64,000 nucleotides of DNA, from positions 1,260 to 65,259 of the forward strand of contig CAZWKN010000004.1 in assembly GCA_964633995.1 (NCBI GenBank). Reading direction: 5' to 3'. A program made the position numbers and the translations under genes. Of the stretch, positions 46,638 through 55,974 are shown one piece after another. Position 1 is the stretch's first letter; every line of letters starts with the position of its first letter. Under the pieces are notes generated by a model. The model did not search any database. It was not told where the DNA came from and saw only the letters and a program-made list of their open reading frames with translations. This DNA comes from an uncultured Gammaproteobacteria bacterium (lineage in GTDB: Bacteria > Patescibacteriota > Microgenomatia > CAZETR01 > Amesbacteraceae).

Positions 46638-46692
46638 CTTATAGTATTATGACCAATATTTGTCTGTTTATGACATTTGAGGCTAAAATGAT

Positions 46693-47409
46693 ATGAAAAT
46701 GCCTGAAAAAAGGAATATTTTTGGAGTGAATGTACTTAGCATTCCTATGGAAGAAGTGCTAAAGGTATTAAACGAGAGAGTGGCAAAAAAAGCCTACAAC
46801 AAGCCACTATTTGTTACAACTGTCAATGTAGAGTTTGTAATGCTAGCCCAGGAAGACACTGATTTTAAACGGATATTAAATACGAGTGATTTGGCTATTG
46901 CGGACGGGTTTGGCTTGAGGCTAAAAGGGGTTGGGCATGTGGTAGCCGGGAGAAAGTTGGTGGAGGCTTTGGTGACATCTAAAATGAAAGTGTTTTATTT
47001 GGGAGGTAGAAAAGGGGTGGCAAAGAAAATGGCTTTGAAATATGGGGGTGAGTTTGACGAAGGATCCAGCGATATTAAATCCGAAATACTAAACTCTAAG
47101 GACCAAATAAATACTAATACTCAAATAATTAACAAGATAAATATGTATAAACCTGATGTGTTGCTGGTGGCGTATGGGGCGCCGTGGCAGGAAAAGTGGA
47201 TTGCGAGGAATTTGGACAAGTTAAAAGCTCAGGTGGTAATGGGGGTAGGTGGATCGTTTGATTATTTAACTGGCAAAGTACCTGTTCCGCCTGACTGGGT
47301 AAACAAAATGGGTTTTGAGTGGCTCTGGAGGCTTGTAAGGGAGCCTTGGAGGTGGAGAAGGCAGCTAAATTTGATTAAGTTTGCATGGAAGGTCTGTTGT
47401 GGAGCGTAA
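46693..47409 (+). CDS. WecB/TagA/CpsF-family (GT26) glycosyltransferase
   Basis: Family-typical C-terminal WLWRLxxEPxRxWRR as EWLWRLVREPWRWRR. Confidence 0.8.
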   Translation: MKMPEKRNIFGVNVLSIPMEEVLKVLNERVAKKAYNKPLFVTTVNVEFVMLAQEDTDFKRILNTSDLAIADGFGLRLKGVGHVVAGRKLVEALVTSKMKVFYLGGRKGVAKKMALKYGGEFDEGSSDIKSEILNSKDQINTNTQIINKINMYKPDVLLVAYGAPWQEKWIARNLDKLKAQVVMGVGGSFDYLTGKVPVPPDWVNKMGFEWLWRLVREPWRWRRQLNLIKFAWKVCCGA

Positions 47410-47424
47410 ATTTACTTATTAATT

Positions 47425-48546
47425 TTGGGTGGTCGGGATTATAATGGCACGGTGCCTTGCGGTGTAGAAACAAGAGGGAAAATAAACCCGGAATCAGTAG
47501 GCCTGCTTGTTCAGGCGATTGAGCAGATGCCAGAACAAGTGGGAGTGCCCATACACAAGCGGATGGATCCAGATGCAATAGCGGCGGCGATATTGTCTGT
47601 CGACTTGTTGAAGGGTTTGAAAAAACAGCCGGTCTTGCTGATGGGAGCAAATAGGTGTGTTCCGGAGTATATGGGGCCACAGTTGGAACTGGCAATGGGT
47701 ACGGGAGTGAGTTTGTTGCCGATGGGTGTATTGGCGGCTTTGGCAGCAAGAAAAATTGGGGCGGTGTTGGCTTTGGATGCTTCCGATGGACCAAGGTTGG
47801 ATCCAGATTGGAATACCCAGAAACCACGGGATGTGGTGGTAGTTGATCATCATGTGGGCGGTGAAGCATATGGGAGATTTAATTTGGTGGTACCAGGTTG
47901 CGTGGCAACGGTGCAGATATTGGCAGAAGCTAAGAGGTTAATGAAAGCAAGTTTGTTGTCAGTTGAGGAAGCCATGGTGGCGTTGGGAATATATTATGAT
48001 ACGGCCGGACTGCTGGCCGATAAAGAAGGGATGCAAGCTGGGGTGAGCCGGTTTAATATGGCGATTGAAAAAGCAACACAAGGTGGAATAGACGTCCCGA
48101 AAATAATAAAAACGATGAACACTAAAACTGGACCTGAGAGTCAGTTGGTAGAAATGGGTGAAAGGAATAGAAAGGTGCGAGACTTGGCTGGTGGGGGAAG
48201 TATGGTGGTAAGTTGGTTGGGATGTGCCGAAATGCAAGAGACGTTGGGTTGTGCCCAGGGTGATTTGGACAGGGCTACAGTTAGGGTGCCGGCCATGTTG
48301 GCAGATCAATGCCTGGAGCTGGGGTATCGCTTGGCGGTAGCAGTATTGGAATTTCCAGAGTTCACTAGGTTAAGTTTGAGAAGTACCGGTGATGGCGGGG
48401 CAGCGAGATTGTTTGCGGGATTGAATTGGGAAACTGTGGCAAAGGGCATACAAACAACTGGGGGTGCTCACCTGAATGCGGCGGGAATGTCTATATACGG
48501 GATGGACGCGACAGAGACTGTAAATATGGTTTTAAGTGTTGACTAG
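47425..48546 (+). CDS. DHH/DHHA1 phosphoesterase (NrnA-like)
   Basis: Motif I HKRMDPDAIAAA, motif III VVVDHH, and the DHHA1 GGGH-type TGGAHLNAAG. Confidence 0.7.
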   Translation: MGGRDYNGTVPCGVETRGKINPESVGLLVQAIEQMPEQVGVPIHKRMDPDAIAAAILSVDLLKGLKKQPVLLMGANRCVPEYMGPQLELAMGTGVSLLPMGVLAALAARKIGAVLALDASDGPRLDPDWNTQKPRDVVVVDHHVGGEAYGRFNLVVPGCVATVQILAEAKRLMKASLLSVEEAMVALGIYYDTAGLLADKEGMQAGVSRFNMAIEKATQGGIDVPKIIKTMNTKTGPESQLVEMGERNRKVRDLAGGGSMVVSWLGCAEMQETLGCAQGDLDRATVRVPAMLADQCLELGYRLAVAVLEFPEFTRLSLRSTGDGGAARLFAGLNWETVAKGIQTTGGAHLNAAGMSIYGMDATETVNMVLSVD

Positions 48547-49704
48547 AGGTTCTATCTTGACGAATCGGCGGCCGACGCGAACCACAGTGGGGTTAGGGGA
48601 TAGGGTATAGGTGTAAGTTGTAATTTTTTCGTTGTTGACGGAAACTCCACCCTGGTCAATGAGCCGCCTAGCTTCTGATTTGGAGGAGGCTAAATTTGAG
48701 TCCACCAAAATGTCTAAAATGTTAGTTGATTGGGTTGAAATGGTGGGAAGTTCTTGTGGGGTTGAACCCTGTTGAAAGATGGATTCGAATGATTTTCTTG
48801 CCAAGTCTGCAACGGATGGGGAGTAAAGTTCAGAGACTATTTGCCAGGCCAGTTGTTTTTTCAGATCCATAGGATTGGTAAATTGTAATTTTAAATTTGA
48901 AATTTGGATTTCAGTGAGATTGGTGGCCAGTTCGAAGTATCTGCCAATAAGTTCGTCCCGAAGTGACATGGTTTTACCAAACATTTCGTCTGGGGTATCT
49001 TCCAGCCAAATGGCATTACCCCAGCTTTTGCTCATTTTACGACCGTCAGTGCCTTCCAAGAACTCATTTGCCATGACGAACGATTCTTTGTCGCGGAGTT
49101 TTTTTTGTAGGGTACGGCCGGCTTGCATGTTAAAAGTTTGATCTGTGCCACCTAGTTGGAGATCGGTGTCTAAATACCAGGAATCGTAACCTTGCATTAG
49201 TGGGTAGAGAACCTCGGGAAGTGAAATAGAGTTGTTGTTTGAAAGGCGTTTTTTGATGAGTTCACGGGAAATAAAATCATTTAGGCTAAAATGGCGGGCC
49301 AGTTTAATAATGTCTTCAAAATTGAGCTTTTTTAGCCAATCAGAGTTATGGACAATCGTAATTTTGGAAAAATCCAGAATTTTTGAAGCTTGTCTCTTGT
49401 AGGTTTGAAAATTTTCTTCTATTTGGTCGTAGGTTAGTATGGGACGCTCAGTGTCTTTGTCGGAAGTGTCTCCAATCAGGGCTGTAAAATCGCCAATCAA
49501 AAAAGTGACATGGTGGCCAAGTTCGACAAAGGTTTGCAACTTACGGAGTGGGAAAGCGTGGCCAATGTGAATACGTGTGGCAGTGGGGTCTATACCAAAA
49601 TACACGTTAAGTTTTTTATCTGAGCGAAGCAATGTCTCGAGCTGTTTTTTGTCGGGAATTATATTGGCAACGCCGTGGGAAAGTAGTTTTTGAATTTGAT
49701 CCAT
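48532..49704 (-). CDS. tyrS: tyrosine-tRNA ligase
   Basis: HIGH (RIHIGHAF), KMSKS, and a C-terminal S4 domain. Confidence 0.95.
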   Translation of the reverse strand: MDQIQKLLSHGVANIIPDKKQLETLLRSDKKLNVYFGIDPTATRIHIGHAFPLRKLQTFVELGHHVTFLIGDFTALIGDTSDKDTERPILTYDQIEENFQTYKRQASKILDFSKITIVHNSDWLKKLNFEDIIKLARHFSLNDFISRELIKKRLSNNNSISLPEVLYPLMQGYDSWYLDTDLQLGGTDQTFNMQAGRTLQKKLRDKESFVMANEFLEGTDGRKMSKSWGNAIWLEDTPDEMFGKTMSLRDELIGRYFELATNLTEIQISNLKLQFTNPMDLKKQLAWQIVSELYSPSVADLARKSFESIFQQGSTPQELPTISTQSTNILDILVDSNLASSKSEARRLIDQGGVSVNNEKITTYTYTLSPNPTVVRVGRRFVKIEPLVNT

Positions 49705-49744
49705 GGGTTAATTCTAGCACGTGAATGGATGCAAAAATATTTGT

Positions 49745-50014
49745 CTATTTTATGCAGCTGCATTGGGTGGGCAAATAATTAGTGGTTAATGTTGCGAAGG
49801 GATTCTTCGGTCGATTTGGTGTTGCATAAAGAAGCCCTGTTCCAGTTCTAAATGATTCAGCTAGAAAGTATGTAGTGAACTCGGTTTTGGTGGCTGAGGT
49901 CTTGATGCCATTAAACATGGAGCGTTGGCGAGAGTTCCGAATTGCAAGCAGCAAGACAGATGCAAAAGGAACGGTTGCGATGACAAATTTTTCAAAATTA
50001 ACTTTTTGTTCCAT
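49745..50014 (-). CDS. small hypothetical membrane protein (89 aa)
   Basis: One TM. ATGA-type overlap with the upstream ORF. Weak support. Confidence 0.3.
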   Translation of the reverse strand: MEQKVNFEKFVIATVPFASVLLLAIRNSRQRSMFNGIKTSATKTEFTTYFLAESFRTGTGLLYATPNRPKNPFATLTTNYLPTQCSCIK

Positions 50015-50355
50015 TATTTGTTAAGATTTAAGTGAGAATTTAAGCCTTGGGTTGTGGTATAAAGCAGGGCGGTTCCAATTCCGCTGTATATAATTGCAGC
50101 CGAGAGATGGTCTATGCGATCAAGTAAGCTCAACACGAAAATGCTGGTTCTAAAAAATTCTGCAAATGCATAGGCGCCAACTTCTGTTTTTGGAAAACAT
50201 GCCCATATTTTTGTGTTGTTGTAGGGCAAATAAACTTGAATCGAACGGCGTGAGGGCAATTTTGGTTCGCCAAAAGATGAGTTCCAAATCCATGGATAGA
50301 TTCTAGCACTATAGGGCAAGGAGGACGCCGAGGGCGATAAGGATGGAGCTACCAA
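50014..50355 (-). CDS. small hypothetical protein (113 aa)
   Basis: Co-oriented between the Cys-rich membrane protein and tyrS. Weak support. Confidence 0.3.
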   Translation of the reverse strand: MVAPSLSPSASSLPYSARIYPWIWNSSFGEPKLPSRRSIQVYLPYNNTKIWACFPKTEVGAYAFAEFFRTSIFVLSLLDRIDHLSAAIIYSGIGTALLYTTTQGLNSHLNLNK

Positions 50356-51607
50356 TGGTAACGACCCATGTGTTTGTGGTGGATCCGGATTGGGCTAGTT
50401 GGGCGGGGGTGGGGGAAAGTTTGGGTGTCGGCCAGGCTGGGGGACAGGCACATGACATTTGGTCAGAGCAGTTTGGATTACGACAACGGCCGGCTGAGCA
50501 GATAAACTGAGCCTCACAGTTGGCATTTGAGCCACATGTACCATTGCATTTGTTTGGGCTACCAGGTGTATTGTCTGGGATGCCGGGTGTGGGGGTAATG
50601 GTAAGTGTGGGTATCGGTGTAGTGGTAGGTAGGGGTGTCGTGGTGGGGGAAGTAGTAATGCCTGGTGTAGCGGTGGCCATGGGAGTGCTGGTGGGTGTGG
50701 AGGTGGGATTGTTACAACTTCCGGCGTTGGTTTGAGTCCAGTAGTAGTCAAGGCTGCCGGTACAATTGGCAATCGGATTGCCATTCGAGTCGAGTATGGC
50801 CGCCCCGTAATGAATTTCTACTGTAGTGTCGGTTGGTCTTATGCCCGGCCAAGTAGCGGTAATTGAAAATTGGAGGTTGTTGGAAGCAGGTTGGCTAGCA
50901 TAAGTTTGTTCGGTGCGAAGATCGGGTGGGTTAACGATATAGTATGCCGTTTGGAGAGTGCTATTTTCAGGAGCCGAGACTACGGTTCCTGTTACGGCGA
51001 CTTGATTTTGGTTGGGGTCACAATAGAGTTTATCGGCTTCGTTAAATATTACCTGACAACTGGCCAGGTAACTACCCGTATTGAGACAATCGCTTTGGCC
51101 ATCTACTTTCCAACTAAAAACTCCAGATGGGGGAACGGTGACTGTTCCGAGATTGGCGGTTGCTCCAGGGGCTAGGTCGGGCGCATCAAATGTATTGACC
51201 AGGGCGTTGTCGATATAGACATCTACTCTTTGGTTGGGTTCGTTTCTGTTGGAGCCGTTAGTGGCTGTTACAAGCCCGGTTTGGGAGACACTAAAGACAT
51301 ATTTGGAACAATCCCAAGCATACGATGTAGCTCTTTGACGACGCTGGACCAAAACGATGGCTGTTATGACTCCTGACCCCAAAACAAAAAGAAGGGCAAT
51401 GGCAATAATTAATTTTTTATTGAACTTAGGCTTGGAGCTTCCTGTGGAGGTGATTACTTGTTCTGGGCCGGGTAAATCAGTAGGGGGTCTGAAGGGGGTA
51501 TAATTTGTGGGAGTTGGAGGTGGTGGAGGAGGATCCGATGTCATGTACCCAGAATAACCTTTTTTTTGATACAATTGCAATATGTTGTATTCGAAGTTGT
51601 TCCCCAA
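50309..51607 (-). CDS. membrane-anchored extracytoplasmic protein with Pro/Thr linker, Cys-rich C-module and C-terminal TM
   Basis: N-terminal cytoplasmic Pro-rich segment plus TM. Module CNGTCGSNANCEAQFICSAGRCRNPNCSDQMSCAC is shared with the 19295 protein. The start may instead be the MTSDPPP ATG (51544) to avoid a 26-nt overlap with divergent proS. Confidence 0.55.
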   Translation of the reverse strand: MGNNFEYNILQLYQKKGYSGYMTSDPPPPPPTPTNYTPFRPPTDLPGPEQVITSTGSSKPKFNKKLIIAIALLFVLGSGVITAIVLVQRRQRATSYAWDCSKYVFSVSQTGLVTATNGSNRNEPNQRVDVYIDNALVNTFDAPDLAPGATANLGTVTVPPSGVFSWKVDGQSDCLNTGSYLASCQVIFNEADKLYCDPNQNQVAVTGTVVSAPENSTLQTAYYIVNPPDLRTEQTYASQPASNNLQFSITATWPGIRPTDTTVEIHYGAAILDSNGNPIANCTGSLDYYWTQTNAGSCNNPTSTPTSTPMATATPGITTSPTTTPLPTTTPIPTLTITPTPGIPDNTPGSPNKCNGTCGSNANCEAQFICSAGRCRNPNCSDQMSCACPPAWPTPKLSPTPAQLAQSGSTTNTWVVTIGSSILIALGVLLAL

Positions 51608-52784
51608 AACATTAAGAGAGGCACCAAAAGATGCGGTGTCGGTAAATCATCAACTGTTGGTTAGGGCCGGATTTGTAGATCAATTGATGGCTGGATCATG
51701 GACTTTGCTTCCTTTGGGATGGAAAGTGGTTACCAAAATAGAAAATGTAATACGAGAAGAATTAGCTAAAATTGGATGTCTGGAGATGTTGATGCCTCTT
51801 ATGCATCCGAAAGAAATTTGGAATGAGACGGGGAGGTGGGATAGTGCCGATGAAGTTATGTATAAGGTACAAGATACAAATTCCAAGAAACAATATGCAC
51901 TGTCCTTTACGCATGAGGAAATAGTAATGGATCTTTTAAGAAAACATATCCAGTCGTATAAAGATTTGCCGGTGGCAATATATCATTTTTCGACAAAATT
52001 TAGGAATGAGGCTAGGCCACAAGGTGGAGTGCTTAGGGGGAGAGAGTTTTTGATGAAGGACTTATATAGTGCCCATGAAAGTGAGGAGGATATGATGAAG
52101 TTTTATGAACAGGTTTCCGAGGCGTACATAAGAATATTTGAAAGATTTGGTTTTGAGGTTTACATAACGGAAGCGGCCGGGGGAGTATTTACACAGCGGC
52201 ACACCCGGGAGTTTCAGGTGGTGACTGGTGCGGGTGAAGATACTATATATGTAAAGCCGGGAACCAGAGTGGCCGTAAATAAAGAGGTGTTTACAGAGTC
52301 GGAAAGCGACTATGAGATAAAAAGAGCTGTTGAGGTCGGAAACATCTTCCCATTTGGAAGTGAAAAATATGCAGAAATGATGGGGGGTACTTTTACTGGT
52401 AAAGATGGCAAAAAAGTGCCGGTACATTTTGCCAGCTATGGAATAGGCGTTACGAGACTTATGGGGGTGATGGTAGAGGTTGGGAATGATAAAAATGGCA
52501 TAATTTGGCCCAAAGAGGCAGCACCTTTTGACGCGCATTTGATTGTGCTAAGCACGAAGGATGAAGGGGTATATGAAAAATTAATGGGACTGGGCGTGGA
52601 CGTGCTATGGGATGATACAGATAGAGGAGTAGGGCAGAAATTTGCCGATGCAGACTTGATTGGGTGTCCAGTTAGGTTGGTGGTTTCCGAAAAAAATAAT
52701 GGTTTAATCGAATGGAAAGAGAGAGATTCGGACAAGATTGAGTTGATAAGTTTGAATGAGGTGATTAAGAAGATTGGGCGATAA
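51582..52784 (+). CDS. proS: proline-tRNA ligase (short form without INS editing domain)
   Basis: N-terminus aligns with ProS (TLREAPKDAVSVNHQLLVRAGF). Class II motifs are present, and a C-terminal anticodon-binding domain. Confidence 0.9.
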   Translation: MLYSKLFPKTLREAPKDAVSVNHQLLVRAGFVDQLMAGSWTLLPLGWKVVTKIENVIREELAKIGCLEMLMPLMHPKEIWNETGRWDSADEVMYKVQDTNSKKQYALSFTHEEIVMDLLRKHIQSYKDLPVAIYHFSTKFRNEARPQGGVLRGREFLMKDLYSAHESEEDMMKFYEQVSEAYIRIFERFGFEVYITEAAGGVFTQRHTREFQVVTGAGEDTIYVKPGTRVAVNKEVFTESESDYEIKRAVEVGNIFPFGSEKYAEMMGGTFTGKDGKKVPVHFASYGIGVTRLMGVMVEVGNDKNGIIWPKEAAPFDAHLIVLSTKDEGVYEKLMGLGVDVLWDDTDRGVGQKFADADLIGCPVRLVVSEKNNGLIEWKERDSDKIELISLNEVIKKIGR

Positions 52785-53159
52785 ATGAAAAATAGATTCC
52801 AGTCCATTGGAAGTGAATCACTAGGGTTGGTTTTGAGTATGGTTGGTTATTCAATTCTGTCTGTCGTCTTGGGAATCGTAGTTGGCTATGCGGCCGGTTT
52901 AATGAATTTGGGAAGAAGTAATGGAATATTTTCAATATTACTTCAATTGATATCAGCTATTGGATTTGGGTTTGGGGGAGTATTAATCCCATTAGTGGTG
53001 GTAATTCGGGGGATGGTGAAGTTATTTAAAATAAATGGGCAAAGTCAATTGGTCAGGGCGGGAGTTGTGGGGTTGGTAATGGTGGGATGTGGGGTTTTAT
53101 TATTTTTGGTTGGACGTGAGGCGTATCGGTATCTATTTTGGTCACCCCGGGGTTATTAA
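52785..53159 (+). CDS. hypothetical membrane protein (124 aa)
   Basis: Four predicted TM helices. Abuts the proS stop. Confidence 0.45.
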   Translation: MKNRFQSIGSESLGLVLSMVGYSILSVVLGIVVGYAAGLMNLGRSNGIFSILLQLISAIGFGFGGVLIPLVVVIRGMVKLFKINGQSQLVRAGVVGLVMVGCGVLLFLVGREAYRYLFWSPRGY

Positions 53160-53210
53160 ATTCGGAAAGTTGTGGTTGACAGGTTGGTTTGATATCTTTA
53201 ATATCTCCAA

Positions 53211-54320
53211 ATGGAGAGATTGGCTATTTTGGTTATTTTGTTAGGGACGATGGTTGGTGTGATTAGTAAGCCAGTTTCGACTCGGGTATTGGCTGCCAGT
53301 GTGTCGCCAGTTAACCTGACAGGTGGGCAGAGTTTGACGATAAATTGTGAAGGTAAAAGATTGGATGTGCGGCGGATGACTGCTTTGCAATTAGTAGCGG
53401 ATTGTGCAATTTTAACGATAACTCCTACGTTGACTCCATCTCCGACAGCAATGCCGATGCCTACAGGGCCTGGAGCTGGTGTTGACGGAATTGTGAGTAC
53501 TGCTATTGTGAATGAAAGCTTGGGAACATGTAGTGTTGCGACGCACGATAAATATGTATTGACCGGGCCGGATAGTAAGAAATACAGAACTTGGCATCCT
53601 AGAAAAGATCCACAGACAGGATGTATTTTTGGACACGAACATGGCGATGATCCGGCTAGATCAAATATTTCCGGGATTTTGCCGGTGTTATTTAGTTTGT
53701 ACGATCAGGGATCTGAAGCGCATGAAGGGTTTAAGGTTGGGGTGGTTAACTATGGTGATGTAAACAACGAGGGAAGTATGGCCATGAACAGCACGAGAGT
53801 GGTGGTTCATCAGGGTACAGGTGGGGCAAAAAGATTTACGACTCAGATGCATTCATTGGAAATAGCGTTTTTGGGTGGACCAAACGGAAAAAATGCTGGG
53901 CAGAAATTTTTTGAAGGGGGAATGGCTGATACCGGAGGAATTGGATCAATTTGTGCCAACCCTAGACAGGGCAGAACAGTAATGCAGACGGATTGCAATG
54001 AAACGTCGGATTATGAGATCTGGCAGTTTAGTTTGAAGGGGATGACGGTTTCTTGGGCCGTGTTTGATCCAATTACGGAAAGAAATCCTGTTGACAATAC
54101 GACGTTGTTGTTGGCGGGCAACAAAGGTTGTACGGCTGAATTTTATGTAGGGCCTTTCAATTCGGCGTCTGGGACGTACCGGCCGCAGTTTGGGAAGTTG
54201 CCACAGGGGTTGGGATATTTGGCGACGTACAAAAGTGGGGATGTAAATCAGCCACAAAGCCAGTTTAAAATGACTCGCCCAGCGTGTGATGTTTATAGCC
54301 AGATTGGGACGAAGAATTGA
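53211..54320 (+). CDS. secreted hypothetical protein (369 aa)
   Basis: Signal peptide and PT linker. No recognisable catalytic motif (HEHGDDP noted). Confidence 0.5.
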   Translation: MERLAILVILLGTMVGVISKPVSTRVLAASVSPVNLTGGQSLTINCEGKRLDVRRMTALQLVADCAILTITPTLTPSPTAMPMPTGPGAGVDGIVSTAIVNESLGTCSVATHDKYVLTGPDSKKYRTWHPRKDPQTGCIFGHEHGDDPARSNISGILPVLFSLYDQGSEAHEGFKVGVVNYGDVNNEGSMAMNSTRVVVHQGTGGAKRFTTQMHSLEIAFLGGPNGKNAGQKFFEGGMADTGGIGSICANPRQGRTVMQTDCNETSDYEIWQFSLKGMTVSWAVFDPITERNPVDNTTLLLAGNKGCTAEFYVGPFNSASGTYRPQFGKLPQGLGYLATYKSGDVNQPQSQFKMTRPACDVYSQIGTKN

Positions 54321-54350
54321 CATAATGTATTTTGACGGTAGAATGGTGGG

Positions 54351-54698
54351 ATGAATTGGGAACGGAAGTTTAGAGTTATTGGTTCTGTTGCTCTGAGTGG
54401 GCTAGCGATAGCTAGTTTGTGGTTTGCAAACATGGTGTCTGCTGGGGGATCCGATGTGACACCGACTTTTTGGCCACCAGAGATGACACCCACACTTGCG
54501 CCAGCTTCTGTGGATGTGTATGTTCCACTTGTGTTAAATGGGGCTCCGCTGGCGACTTCGACTATTGCGTGGCCTCCAACTGAAACACCAACTCGAACTT
54601 CGTTTCCTACTCCAACCATTGATCTGAACTTTGATACTCCAACCCCAACGTCGACACATACAGCGCTTCCTCCCCCCCAATACAATTTGTTGCCTTAG
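54351..54698 (+). CDS. small secreted Pro/Thr-rich protein
   Basis: Signal-anchor plus low-complexity PT repeats. Confidence 0.35.
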   Translation: MNWERKFRVIGSVALSGLAIASLWFANMVSAGGSDVTPTFWPPEMTPTLAPASVDVYVPLVLNGAPLATSTIAWPPTETPTRTSFPTPTIDLNFDTPTPTSTHTALPPPQYNLLP

Positions 54699-54725
54699 GT
54701 TTAATTTTTGGTATGATTAGCGGGC

Positions 54726-55967
54726 ATGGGAAAGACTGATGTGATTACATTGCCTCCTGGGACCAAGGTGCCTAACCATATTGCGATGATACTGGATGGA
54801 AACAGGCGGTGGGCGCGGGCGAGAGGATTAAAACCTTGGGAAGGGCACGCAGCGGGGTATCAAGCAATTAAGGAGTTGTCTGAGGCCACAAGAATGCTGG
54901 GAGTACATACGTTTACGGTTTGGGCGTGGTCTACGGAGAATTGGGAGAGGTCAGAAGTGGAAGTAAGTGAGATTATGAAATTGTTGAGGATGGGTTTGGA
55001 CGAGATGGAACCCGATTTGCACAGAGAGAAGATAAGGTTGGTGCATTTGGGGCGAAAGGATAGGTTGCCGAAAGATGCTCTCGAGCATATTGCTAGGCTT
55101 GAGGCGGAGACGAAACAATACAACGACTCGCATGTATTTAACATTGCTTTGGATTATGGTGGTAGGGATGAGCTGGTGAGGGCGGTTAAACAAGTTATCA
55201 CTGATCAGGTATCAGTTGATCAGTTGGATGTGAAAGTGTTTGAGAAATATTTGGATACGTGTGATCAACCTTATCCCAATGTAGATTTGTTTATCAGGAC
55301 CAGCGGAGAGCAGAGAACATCGGGACTTTTGCCTTGGCAGATGGACTATGCAGAATATTATTTTGAACAGGACCATTTACCGGATTTTAGTCCGGAAAAG
55401 TTGCGGGAAGCGATAATGGATTTTTCTAGGCGCAGGAGGCGGTTTGGGGCTAATGACAAAGAGGAGCATTTAAGGTTCAACCCCAAAATAGTGGCTGATT
55501 TAGAGGTTAAATGGAGACATGCTTTGGCGGGGGGAGAGACGGAGAGATTAAGAGATTTAGTGATTAAGTATGTGGGTGAGCAGTATGGATTGTCGAAGGA
55601 GCTGGCGTATGATGCTGGAGTAAATTTGGCCAAGGCGTTGATGTACAGGCGACAGGAAAATTGGGTAGAGGCTAAAAAAGCACTGGTGGGGTTGTATGGA
55701 ATTGTACAAAAAACGTTGAAATTGGCATTTGAGCCGGAGGTAATTGCTAATATTGAAGTGAATTTGTGGAACCCTCCTTTGCGGGACGCTTCGGAAGGGC
55801 AAGAGGGGCGGTGGCAAATGTATTTGGCAGAGAAATACAGGATTTCTAAGTTGCAGGCGGCTAAATCAGCTCATTTGGCGGTGTTGGCGGAGCGGGAGGT
55901 TGATCCCAAAAAACAAAAAGGATATTTGGAAATGTTTTACGAAGCACTGAAAGAAAGAGTGGCCTAG
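54726..55967 (+). CDS. uppS: isoprenyl transferase (undecaprenyl-diphosphate synthase family) with roughly 170-aa C-terminal extension
   Basis: HIAMILDGNRRWA, FTVWAWSTENWER, and RTSGEQRTSGLLPWQ (the RxSG...W of cis-prenyltransferases). Confidence 0.85.
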   Translation: MGKTDVITLPPGTKVPNHIAMILDGNRRWARARGLKPWEGHAAGYQAIKELSEATRMLGVHTFTVWAWSTENWERSEVEVSEIMKLLRMGLDEMEPDLHREKIRLVHLGRKDRLPKDALEHIARLEAETKQYNDSHVFNIALDYGGRDELVRAVKQVITDQVSVDQLDVKVFEKYLDTCDQPYPNVDLFIRTSGEQRTSGLLPWQMDYAEYYFEQDHLPDFSPEKLREAIMDFSRRRRRFGANDKEEHLRFNPKIVADLEVKWRHALAGGETERLRDLVIKYVGEQYGLSKELAYDAGVNLAKALMYRRQENWVEAKKALVGLYGIVQKTLKLAFEPEVIANIEVNLWNPPLRDASEGQEGRWQMYLAEKYRISKLQAAKSAHLAVLAEREVDPKKQKGYLEMFYEALKERVA

Positions 55968-55974
55968 GGATACT

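Noticed and set aside
47494-47869. Minus-strand ORFs (119 aa and 164 aa) inside the DHH phosphoesterase gene
   Set aside because: Antisense, His/Pro-rich low-complexity translations of a GC-rich stretch.
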